A stretch of DNA of 64,000 bases from NCBI RefSeq assembly GCF_006345805.1, contig NC_043025.1, forward strand, positions 15,438,001-15,502,000. The letters are read 5' to 3'. A model generated the notes under the pieces. The model did not search any database. It had not been told where the DNA came from and worked only from the letters and a program-made list of their open reading frames with translations. Origin of the DNA: Octopus sinensis. Its lineage: Eukaryota. Made by a program: the position numbers and the translations under genes. This document shows, piece by piece, positions 26,807 through 38,045 of the stretch. Positions within the stretch are counted from its first letter, which is position 1, and each line of letters starts with the position of its first letter.

Positions 26807-27924
26807 TATGTTGGCATTATAAATATATAAATAGATATACAAATAGATATAAAATGTCGATATGATATAAAAACTTGTAGTTATTTAAAAATATTCAAAA
26901 ATGCTCGATACAAGGTAATAAAGATTCACAAGTAACAACACAGAGTCCAGTGGAAAATTTGAGACTATACAACATTAACAGGACATACTAATATACGAAA
27001 ATATGTTCCATCTTAAATATTAAATATATATATGTTCATATACTTGTTGGGGGGTCGGTTTTAATACTGTATTATCTGGAACTTTATATGTCCAATGAAA
27101 GTACACATATATATTGAGTATTCTATTCCGCTGGTATTGCCTCCATTGAAATTTTTTTGGGGGTTCAGTCCCACTGCGTGGCACTTTGGGTACGTGTCTT
27201 CTGCTATAGCCCCGAGCCGACCGGAGCTTTGTCATTGAATTCGGTAGGTGGAAGTTACTGCCATGTGTGTATGTGTGCGTATAGCTGCTCAGTGCCTCTC
27301 CAAAAGAGAGAGAGGGATATATGTATATAAATTAGAAAAAAACCCCACCTTTTATCAATTCAAAATGAACAATTAAATTACACCATCTAGAAAATTACAT
27401 ATAATAGAAATATTAAAAATAAAATAACAATAATACACCAAATACATACGTTTTTATTATTATTTTGCAATTTACTTAATCATAGGTATATTATTGTTAT
27501 TTTAATTTTAATATTTCTATTATATGTAATTTTCTAGATTGTGTAATTTAATTGTCCATTTTGAATTGATAAAAGGTGTTTTTTTCTAATATTTTATATA
27601 TATATTATATTTTGTGAAATTTGATTTAGTATTTCTAAATTGAATTTTTCCCTGTAAGTTAGGAATAATATTCCCTCAAATAATAATTATATATATATAT
27701 ACACACACACACATACATACATACACAGAATCCATAGAGGAGATCCAGACATTTTCCATATACAAGGCAGTCGTGCTCAAAAGACACAAACTTAGATTCT
27801 GTCTTTACAAGGGATTGATTCCATGGGGTAAAGAAGAACTATAAGAGGGATCAAATGGAGTCAGTGTAGAGGTAATTATGCAGATAAACAGATATGTTAA
27901 ATATATTAAATTCTGACAAGTAGG

Positions 27925-28325
27925 TTGGTATGGGTCAGCCTCGTCTGGCACCTGTGTCGGTGGCACATAAAAAACACCATCCGAGCGTGGCCGTTCGCCA
28001 GCCTCGTCTGGCACCTGTGTCGGTGGCACATAAAAAACACCATCCGAGCGTGGCCGTCTGCCAGCATCGTCTGGCACCTGTGTCGGTGGCACATAAAAAA
28101 CACCATTCGAGCGTGACCATCTGCCAGCCTCGTCTGGCACCTGTGTCGGTGGCACATAAAATCACCCACTACACTCTCGGAGTGGTTGGCGTTAGGAAGG
28201 GCATCCAGCTGTAGAAACACTGCCAGATCCGACTGGCCTGGTGCAGCCTTCGGGCTCCCCAGACCCCAGTTGAACCGTCCAACCCATGCTAGCATGGAAA
28301 ACGGACGCTAAATGAATGAATGAAT
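27925..28325 (+). mobile_element. RTE 3' UTR copy with an internal 63-bp tandem repeat (about 3.5 units)
   Basis: Unit cagcctcgtctggcacctgtgtcggtggcacataaaaaacaccatccgagcgtggccgttcgc, followed by the RTE tail. Confidence 0.8.
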
Positions 28326-28786
28326 GATATCTAATTTGTTTATCCACATAATTACCTCTATATAAACATATATATGAATCGAACGGCTTTTGTGTGTTTC
28401 TTAAATGGCTTATAAACACCTTCCACGCTGCAATTGTTTTCGTTTCAGCACACGATCTCAGATCAAATTACTTGCTATGTGAGTACATCTTCGTAATATA
28501 TTTATATATATGTATAACTAATGTAGGATAAAATTTTTTTCGAAAAAAAAATTTTTCTCAAAATACCTTTAAACGTTAAATTTATAAATAATTTACAAAA
28601 TAAGGGCAAAAAAAAAATTCTAATGCCAAATATGCCGAAAAAAGACAAAATTGTCAATAACATTATAATTATAATGGTTATTGACAATTTTGTCTTTTTT
28701 CGGCATATTTGGCATTAGAATTTTTTTTTTTTCCCCTTATTTTGTAAGTTATATATATGTATGTATGTGTATATATATATATGTAT

Positions 28787-28836
<50 letters not shown>

Positions 28837-29461
28837 TTTTAAGTTATAGTAAAAACAATTTTTACATTAATCTGATGGGTTACTCTGTACTTTTGTAGAG
28901 GACGAATTTATTATTCTCCTACAAGAACATTGTTGACAGTGATTTCAGAGTTTCGGCCAGTTAAGCCATCATCAGATGATGGCTTAGCTGGTAGAAACTT
29001 CGAAGTCACCGTCAACAGCATTCTTGTTTAGGAATAATACATAAACATTTGTATAAGTGCATGTATGGCTTTGTGGTGAGAAATCTGCTTGCCAAAGATA
29101 TCGTTCCGGGTTCAGTCCCATTACATCAACCAAAGCCTTGTGAAAGAAGGCCATCATTGTGTGCATGTGTGCAAGTGTCTATGTTTACCCAGTGTGGCGT
29201 CCCTTATGTAAAAATACAAAAAATGTAGATCAGTAATTATAAAAACCAGATGGAAATATCTAGTGAGGTGGGTGAGGACTAAAAGCCTTCGTGGCAGTGC
29301 TCCAGCTTGGCCACAGTTCACTGACTGAAATCAATAAAAGAGAGTATAGAAGTGCATTGTGTTAAGGTATTGAGTCCAGTGTCTCAGAGAAGAAGAACAA
29401 CATTGTGAAGACGTAGAGGAGGTGGGTGAGAGTTTGAAGGTAGAGAGTTGCAGATACTCAC

Positions 29462-29521
29462 AAGATTTGATGTAATCCCAACAGACTCGGCCGCAGCAAA
29501 GGACAACGTGAAGTTTCTCCG
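29462..29521 (-). CDS. SPECC1L: Cytospin-A CH-domain exon (missed by ORF track)
   Basis: tctatctttcag|CGG...CTT|gtgagt. RRNFTLSFAAAESVGITSNL, 60 nt, phase 0/0. Confidence 0.95.
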
Positions 29522-30567
29522 CTGAAAGATAGAAATTGCTTTTAGAATTGAATACATCCATCCACCTCATCATCATTTAATGTTCATTTTCCATACTGGC
29601 AGGGGTCAGACTCACGATACCAGAGGGCGGACACTCTCCTATCCTGATGTAATCTCCAGGGATACAGGCATCCAGCAACAGGACCTCTGTAATGCTATAG
29701 TAAATTCCATTGTCTCGACCACGGTTGAACAATGATGATGATGAAGCTCCAGTCTGATCTTGGCTTCGTTTCTATGACTGGATGCCCTTCCTAGTGCCAA
29801 CCACTCTAAAAGTGTAGTGGGTGCCTCTAATGTGTGAGTGGCACGAGTGCCTCTTACATGTCACCAGTACTGACCATCGCAAGAACTTAGGAACTTTGAG
29901 GGAGATGAATTAAATTGTGACTGTTTCGACAATGGAGACTGAAATTTAAGATTTTTGATGAGAAACAAAAATTATTCTTATTGTAAAGAAAAAAATATTG
30001 TTATTAAGAATGTGTGTGTGTGAAAATTGTGAACTGTATACAAGTGGTGTCACCTGTTTCCAATCAGTGAAAACATGTCAGGTCTTGAGTGAAGATCATC
30101 TTGAGGGTTGGCAACAGAAAGGGGCCAACTGTCAGTAGAAAACCTGCCCCATGTAAACATGGTAAAATGGGCATAAAAAACAATGATGACGATAACGATG
30201 TACACACACATGTAGATATCGTAGCCATAGCTCTGGGTCCAGTCTCACTGTGTGCCACCTTGAGCAAGTATCTTCTACAATAACCGTGGGCCAACCAAAG
30301 CCTTGGGAGTGGATTTGGTAGAAGGAAACTGAAAGAAGCTTCCGTGTCTGTGTGTATAATGTATAGTAAATGCACAGATGAACTTTGGAAAACAGGCACA
30401 GAAGGTCCCTGACTTCTCGTCTGTTATCAGTCAGGAGGTCAAATGTAATTTCGTGCTGTGCTTAATCCTCTGGCCGATAACTCATGACCTTCTGTCTGTC
30501 TGTGTGTCCATTAATGCGATGCTACACACCCTTAATTTTATTTACAGTAAGTTGTTTATATGTGTGT

Positions 30568-30751
30568 ATCATCATCATCGTTTAACGTCCGCTTTCCATG
30601 CTGGCATGGGTTGGACGGTTCGACGGGTCTGGGAAGCCAGGACGCTGCATCAGGATCCAGTCTGATTTGGCAGTGTTTCTACAGCTGGATGCCCTTCCTA
30701 ACGCCAACCACTCCGTGAGTGTAGTGGGTGCTTTTTACGTGCCAGGGGAGT
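30568..30751 (-). mobile_element. RTE-LINE 3' end (3' half of the U6 chimera)
   Basis: Same 3' UTR and (GAT)n tail as the 13865 element. Other tail copies near 20290-20775, 27925-28325, 32180-32470, 45295-45480, 49850-49950, 60530-60700 and 63728-64000. Confidence 0.85.
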
Positions 30752-30801
30752 AAAAAGATGGAACGCTTCACGAATTTGCGTGTCATCCTTGTGTAGGGGC
30801 C

Positions 30802-30834
<33 letters not shown>

Positions 30835-30847
30835 AATATGTACTGCC
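30752..30847 (-). pseudogene. U6: U6 snRNA copy lacking about 11 nt at the 5' end
   Basis: Minus strand GGCAGTACATATTCTAAAATTGGAACGATACAGAGAAGATTAGCATGGCCCCTACACAAGGATGACACGCAAATTCGTGAAGCGTTCCATCTTTTT. ACAGAGA box and AGC intact; two G>A changes in the ISL region. Confidence 0.95.
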
Positions 30848-31797
30848 TGTATATATATATATATATATAACAATAATAATAAAGGGTAAAATTAATTAAC
30901 TAATTAGTAATTAATAATTTTACCAAGCAGTGTTCAGTATGTAAAAGGACCATTTACGGTAAACTTAAACATTACTTTATATAATTAGGGTTCAGCAAAA
31001 AAATTTGCTTTACCACATACTGAACTTTTAGAAATAGCAGCCAAAGAATTTAGCTATTTAGCTATATATATATACATATATATGTAATGAAAACGAATCG
31101 TGAATAGGAAGGGGGATCCCCTTCTCTCCCTTCCTACAACCTATATCCATTGTCATGGAACCTCATCCCCAAAAAACAAAAACAATGTTCTCCTCTTGTA
31201 AACAAGACCCCCAAAAACATCTGTTTTATATAAATGAACAAGCTGTTGGTACGTTCACAAAATTCTAATCAACAAATTCGAGAAACAAATGAAAGTGCGA
31301 ATAATAATGAATGGATAAAAAGATTTTTTCCCAAAAATTCTGGCTACATTTTTTTCTCAATATTCAAGTGTTAAGTGTGGTTAAGTACACCACACTTAAC
31401 ACTCCATACATCAGTTCCTACCCTGAATAAAATAGATTTATAGCAACATTTTCTTTTTGTGGCAAAATATGCACCTAATTCAATAAAATTATGAAGGTTA
31501 CTCTGATTATTAAGCATAAAATACAAAATATTAAAATTTTTGTAGATTAGGTAGGCATAATTCACTCCTGCTTTTCAATCTCAGTATTTAAGCTACATGT
31601 AGCACTGCTGTAGTACACATGCTGTGTACACTCCTACAACATTTTCTTTACACACTATAAAGGCAAAACTAAATCTGCCATCAACTCAGTCACACGTCTG
31701 TGTTTTGCTTATTTTTGTGTGTTTTACTACATAAAGGTCACCAACTGCCTACCTTGAGTAATTACTGATGGCACGTGACTGGCATATGTCTACATAT

Positions 31798-32145
31798 AGG
31801 TGCAGGTGTGACTGTGGGGTAAGAAGCTTGCTTCCTAACCACATAGTTCCAGCTCAGTCTCACTGTGTTGTACCTTGGGCTGACCAAGGCCTCGTGAATG
31901 GATCTGACAGATGGAAACTGAAAAGAAGCCCGTTGTATGTGTGTGTATTTTTGTCCCCACTACCATTGCTTAACAACTGGTGGTGGGGACAATGACTTAG
32001 TGGTTCAGCAAAAGAGACCAATGGAATAAGAGCCAGCTTAAAAAGAAAAGATAAGTAATAAGGATCGATTTGTTCAACTGAACATTCTTCAATGTGGTGC
32101 CCCAGCATGGCCACAGTCTTAATGACTGAAACAAGATAAAAGAAT
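31798..32145 (+). mobile_element. SINE family B
   Basis: Colinear with the family B consensus. Confidence 0.78.
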
Positions 32146-32616
32146 AATTAAACACAAAACATTTGCAGCAACAATTCATCATCATCGTCTAACGTCCATT
32201 TTCTGCGCTAGCATGGGTTGGATGGTTCGACCAGGGTCTGGGAAGCCAGGAGGCTGCACCAGGCTCCAATCTGATCTGGTAGTGTTTCTACACCTGGATG
32301 CCCTTCCTTATGCCAACCACTCCGCGAGTGTAGTGGGTGCTTTTTACGTGCCACTGGCACAGATGCCAGGGGAGTCTGACATCGGCCACGTTCGGATGAT
32401 GCTTTTTACGTGCCACTGGCATTGGCCACGTTCGGATGGTGCTTTTTATGTGCCACCGCCACAGGTATCACAACTACTATTTCCATTGATATATCTATTT
32501 CGATAATTGAAGATTTGAAAATAATCCCCCCCCCCCGCGCCTAAATTGTTCTTACAAGACACACAGACACAGAGAAGAGAGAAAGATGATCAAGAGAAGC
32601 AAAGTGGTGAGGTTAC

Positions 32617-32733
32617 CTTGTCTTCTGAGGTCAGTTCATCATAAGGCATCTTTTCAGGAAGGTAACTATGTATAAGGGCACAGAATGCCAGTCCATCATT
32701 CCAGCTGCTGCTGAAGTTGGTGATGTCAACACC
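32617..32733 (-). CDS. SPECC1L: Cytospin-A CH-domain exon
   Basis: ctcctccgcag|GGT...AAG|gtaacc. [39 protein letters not shown], 117 nt, phase 0/0. Confidence 0.96.
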
Positions 32734-33251
32734 CTGCGGAGGAGAGAGAGAGAGATGCAGACAAATGCTAACTCGCCAGATTGACACATAGGAATACATA
32801 CATGAAGAGAGACAAGGAGACAGTCAACAGAGATGATGGATTGCTGGCCACTGAACCTTTTTTTATTTCTGAGTTCCTTTCTAACAAAGAGCGTAGGCTC
32901 GAAATGTAAAAGACTTTCTCACTTCCCAAGCTGTTTGTTGTTTGCACACCCGTCTTCATCTTATGTTATTTTGTAAATTCTCACTCTATATATATATATA
33001 TTTTATAATTAGGGTTCAGCAAAGATTTGCTTTACCACATACCGAAGTTTAGAAATAGCAGCCAGAGAACCTTAGCTATTTCCTCTACTATCAGTATGTG
33101 GAAAAGCAAATCTTTGCTGAACCCTGAACCCTAATTATAAAATATTACTTAAGTTTACCGAGAAATAGTCCCTTCTCATGGTGAACTCTACTTGGTGAAA
33201 TTATTGATTACTAGGTAATTAATTAATTTTACCCTTTGTTATTATTGATTT

Positions 33252-33284
<33 letters not shown>

Positions 33285-33291
33285 TATATAT

Positions 33292-33331
<40 letters not shown>

Positions 33332-33376
33332 TATATATATATATATAACATATATATATATATATATACACATATA

Positions 33377-33485
<109 letters not shown>

Positions 33486-33516
33486 ATATATATACATATA
33501 TATAATATATATATAT

Positions 33517-33576
<60 letters not shown>

Positions 33577-33598
33577 GTGTGTGTGTGTGTGTGTGTGT

Positions 33599-33910
33599 GG
33601 AGGCGCAATGGCCTAGTGGTTAGGGCAGCGGACTCGCGGTCGTAGGATCGCGGTTTCGATTCCCAGACCGGGTGTTGTGAGTGTTTATTGAGCGAAAACA
33701 CCTAAAGCTCCACGAGGCTCCGGCAGGGGGTGGTGGCGATCCCTGCTGTACTCTTTCGTCACAACTTTCTCTCACTCTTTCTTCTGTTGGCCTGCTCGCT
33801 TAGCCAGCGGGGTGGTGTCATTTGAAGGCTAAAACAATGCGAAGCGCATTGTGACCAGCGATGTGTAGCAACATCTGATGTCCTGGTCGGTCACGGTGAT
33901 CATGGTGATA
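33599..33910 (+). mobile_element. tRNA-head SINE family A
   Basis: GGCGCAATGGCCTAGTGGTTAGG (A-box)...GGTTTCGATTCCC (B-box). Preceded by a TA/TG microsatellite, as are the copies at 53629 and 59142. Confidence 0.85.
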
Positions 33911-34627
33911 TATATATATATATACATACACACATATAGATACAGATAGACAGATAGGGAAATAGATAGACTAATAGAGCAGTGGTTCCCAACTTATGTT
34001 ATGCACCGCACCCCTAAAAACTTTTAATGTGTTCTTGCACCCCTTAAAGTAATAACTTATATAAGAATAAAGGTGCCCAGGGCAATTGCCCTCTTTGCCC
34101 CCCCCCTCTAAATCCAGCCCTGGTTGGGAAACCCTACAATAGAGAGAGACAGACAGATGTATAAGAGTACGTGTAGATAAAAAGATAGATAGACAGAGAG
34201 ATAAAGAGAGAAAAGTAAGTAGATATAGAGTTACAGGTATATAGGAAAACAGGAATATATATATATATAGAGAGAGAGACTTAGTTGGAGACTGGGTTAA
34301 AGTTACCTCCCTTTACGCATTTTCTCTCATGTTCAAGTGTGGACCGATAATACAGTAAAATGGGCCACTCCATAAATCCCCTACAACAGTACAATAGACT
34401 GGTCCGCAACCTCCCTAGAGACACAACAGTACAAAAAAGCTATCCACATGCACACCTGCACCAAAGTACAACAGACCACACCATACACCCCTACAACAAA
34501 CAACAGATTAGTCCAAACCCCTACAATAGTTATAATAGACCAGTCCACCCCACCCCAACAACAGTAGAATAGACCAGTCCATGCTCCCACCAAAATACCC
34601 CACAGGAGATAAGACCACACACAGCCT

Positions 34628-35033
34628 GGATCTTTTCCGTTTGAACGGCAGTTTTTCTAGCAGTGTCATGAAATTGTCACCCATAATTATGACCCTAGTA
34701 TTGATCTATTGCATTTCAATCTGTTTTAGGGTTAGGGTTAGGGGGAAGGGTATCTTTTTTCTTCACAAATGTAAATAAACTCAATCTGTTTCTTAAACGA
34801 GGAACATATTCATACGGCACAATGTTTTTTTTACCTCAATAGACGTCATTGATTGGTTGAAATTGCAGAAATTGAAGAAAAAAACAACAATTATCTTACA
34901 AACTATAGAATTTTCTCAATAAAGCCAAGAGAAAAGATGTTTTATAAACACATTCTACCAGTATACGAAGTTTTAAAGGGTTTAGTTAGATGGAAATTAT
35001 TTTAAAAAACTGCCAGTCAAACCGAAAAGATTC
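34628..35033 (+). mobile_element. Same MITE family
   Basis: TIRs present; TSD CACAGCCT/CACAGCCC. Confidence 0.88.
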
Positions 35034-35230
35034 CACAGCCCTTACAGCAGTATAATAAACTACCTCCTACACACCCCTCCTACATCACAATGGACCAGTT
35101 CACACCCACCTATTACAGTACAAAAGACCAAATCCACACAGTACAATAAACCAAGCTACACAAACCCCTTACCATGGTACCCTAGACACACACACACACC
35201 CTATCCCAGTGCAACGTAATGGTGTCTTAC

Positions 35231-35357
35231 ATTATAGCTGAGCGTCTTCTGTTGGCACCATTTGAGTAAGGCATTCCGCTTGGATCCTCCCATTTGTCTG
35301 GCAAGTCCTACCAAAGGGTCTTTAGCTGCTGCCTCTTTACGTTCCAATTCTGTACAG
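35231..35357 (-). CDS. SPECC1L: Cytospin-A exon (start of CH domain)
   Basis: ccgttgcag|C TGT ACA...AAT|gtaaga. [27 protein letters not shown] closely matches human SPECC1[28 protein letters not shown] (recalled). Confidence 0.95.
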
Positions 35358-36732
35358 CTGCAACGGAGAAAGAAGAAATAAAAACATAACAAAACCAACA
35401 CCATCACTGTACCTTTTTTTTAATGTCATCATCATCATCTACAACAAAACAGATTAGTCCAAACCCCTACAATAGTTATAATAGACCAGTCCACCCCACC
35501 CCAACAACAGTACAATAGACCAGTTCATGCTCCCACCAAAAAACCCCACAGGAGATAAGTCCACACACAGCCCGGATCTTTTCCGTTTGACCGGCAGTTT
35601 TTTCTAGCGGTGTCATGAAATTGTCACCCATAATTATGACCCCAGTATCGATCTATTGCATGGTTCAATGGTTAGAGCATGGGGCCCTCAATTGCGAGGT
35701 TTCACTGGTACTTAATTTATCGACCACAAAAGGATGAAAGGCAAAGTCGACCTCAGCAGAATTTGAACTCAGAACATAGCGATCGGCAATTATATGCAAT
35801 AAGATGCATACTCTTCTCATTCTTTGAAGAAAAAAAATTCTCTACAGAAAAGAAGGACGTGCTTAGAAACGATTATCTGCCCCCATGGGGAACAATTCCC
35901 TTTTTTTTTTGTTCTCTGCCTTTATCCCAGAATATACAGCTTCCAAACCTGAGTTACAGATTAAGTGTCCTACCTGTTTCTCCACCCCTGAGGGAGAACT
36001 CAATCCACCATTAGTGACCCCAGAGGCATGAAAGAAACAAATTGACCTCAGTAGGGCATGAACCCAGACAGACAGCCCCCCCCCACCACCATTTCCTCTA
36101 ATTAACAATCAGTCTGTGGCAAAAAAATATCATGATAATTATTTTTATCTGAGACAAAAGTATGTGTGTCATTGAACAGGTAATTAGTGTAATTATTAAT
36201 TAACAGTTCATTTTAAGTAATGAGCCTTTTGTGAGTGTATTAATTATTTTTGTCAGCTGGTTGTAAGGTGTGTGTATATGTCTGTGTGTTAGCTGGTCAT
36301 AGAATGTCTATGTGTGTACGCATGTGTGAGTGTGTATGCATGTGTTAGCCGACTGTAGAATGTCTTTGTATGAATATATCTACCTATCTATACATGTGTG
36401 TGTGTGTGCGCACATAAGTGAGGAAGTTCCATCTTAGGTGTCCAAGGGTTCTGAGTAAGTACAGTTACCCCCTCAGGGACCAATCCAACTCCCAGGTCAT
36501 CTCTGGTCCCTAGTCCTAGATCCTGTGGCTAACACAGCAGAGAAGTCACAAAAAGGTTAGTCCCTAGACAGATGTCACACAAACCTATCAATGCCCTAAC
36601 TAAGGGTTAAATAGCCCCATGGATCACACAGGCACACCCTGTTATGTGAACCAGTCTGCTACCAAAGGACTAAAAAGGCTCTGGGCAAATAGTGTAGTCT
36701 TGAGACTTAGGCATACAAGCATTGATGCCATA

Positions 36733-37118
36733 AGGAGTGGCTGTGTGGTAAGTAGCTTGCTTACCAACCACGTAGTTCCAGGTTCAGTCCCACTGCGTGG
36801 CACCTTGGGCAAGTGTCTTCTACTATAGTCTCAGGCTGATCAAAGCTTTGCGAGTGGATTTGGTAGACGGAAGCTGAAAGAAGCTCGTTGTATATATATC
36901 TATATGCATTTGTGTGTCTGTGTTTGTCCCCCTAGCATTGCTTGACAACCGATGCTGGTGTATTTATGTCCCCGTTACTTAGCAGTTCGGCAAAAGATAC
37001 CGATAGGATAAGTACTGGGCTTACAAAAGAATAAGTCCCAGTGTCGAGTTGCTCTATTAAAGGCGGTGCTCCAGCATGGCCGCAGTCAAATGACTGAAAC
37101 AAGTAAAAGAGTAAAAGA
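36733..37118 (+). mobile_element. tRNA-head SINE family B (about 390 bp, internal TA/TG microsatellite), full length
   Basis: GGAGTGGCTGTGTGGTAAG...GGTTCAGTCCCACTG head and ...GGTGCTCCAGCATGGCCGCAGTCAAATGACTGAAACAAGTAAAAGA tail. About 20 full or partial copies in the window. Confidence 0.85.
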
Positions 37119-37537
37119 ACAAGTTTCTTATTTAAAAGTTTAATGGGTCCTTGGTACCAGGGTGCTTTGCAGGACTATGGGTTACCAATGGCTGGATTTC
37201 CTACCCAACCAATGACTCTACTCAGAAACTGGGATTACTCCTGTTGTTTGTAAGGTTTGGGAATGCCAGCTCAGAACCGCCTGGCCATGTTGCTCAGTTT
37301 CCCAGGTTAAAGCCTGCTGACCATGTTCTCTCTTCACCGAGGACCAGGCTATTCAACCACATGAGGAGGTATCCCATGGAGATGGAGACTGACTGGGGGT
37401 TCTGCTAAACATCCAGGAATTAGGTGCCAACAAAAAGTGGACACAGCAACGTGCTGCAGCCACACCTGGCCTGATCCCAGACAACTAAAATGCTTCAAAT
37501 AAATCTCTGAACGAGATGTAAACAGTAACCGCTTGAC

Positions 37538-37949
37538 AACGTAAAGTATACTAGCCATCTGATATGGCTAACCACTAAGAGTGGGTGTTACTGTAGCTTT
37601 TAGCCCAAGAGAACATCGTCTCCAGCTGGCTTTACGCACACTTTCTGTGCCCTTATGTGACAGTGACAGTGGTTGCTGGGAAAAACATTAAATAGATATT
37701 CGCAAACAGGTCTCTCCTCATCGAAAACTGGTGATTGCCGTACGTTGACGAGGCAAATTACCTCGAAACTGCAGTCCGTGCGTATCACTTAGGTTTATGA
37801 GAGGGGATGACCTCCCTTTGCAAATATCATAAGAGCACAGAAAGCGTGCCTAAAGCCAGCTGGAAACGATGTTCTCTTGGGGCTAAAAGCTACAGTAACA
37901 CCCACCCTTAGTGGTTAGCCATAATCAGATGGCTAGTATACTTTACGTT
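37538..37949. mobile_element. Fold-back/MITE element with about 102-bp TIRs
   Basis: 37538-37639 is the near-perfect reverse complement of 37846-37949. No clear TSD. Confidence 0.8.
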
Positions 37950-38045
37950 AAAATGCTTCTGACCAAAGGTACAACAACAATGTGCCCTCCTTCCACTGCT
38001 CACCTCTACACAACAACAACAAGAAGATTAAGTAGGATTACTCAC

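Noticed and set aside
33599-33680. tRNA genes at SINE heads (also 11165, 49515, 53629, 59142)
   Set aside because: A/B boxes are present, but there is no complete cloverleaf and each continues into a shared SINE body.
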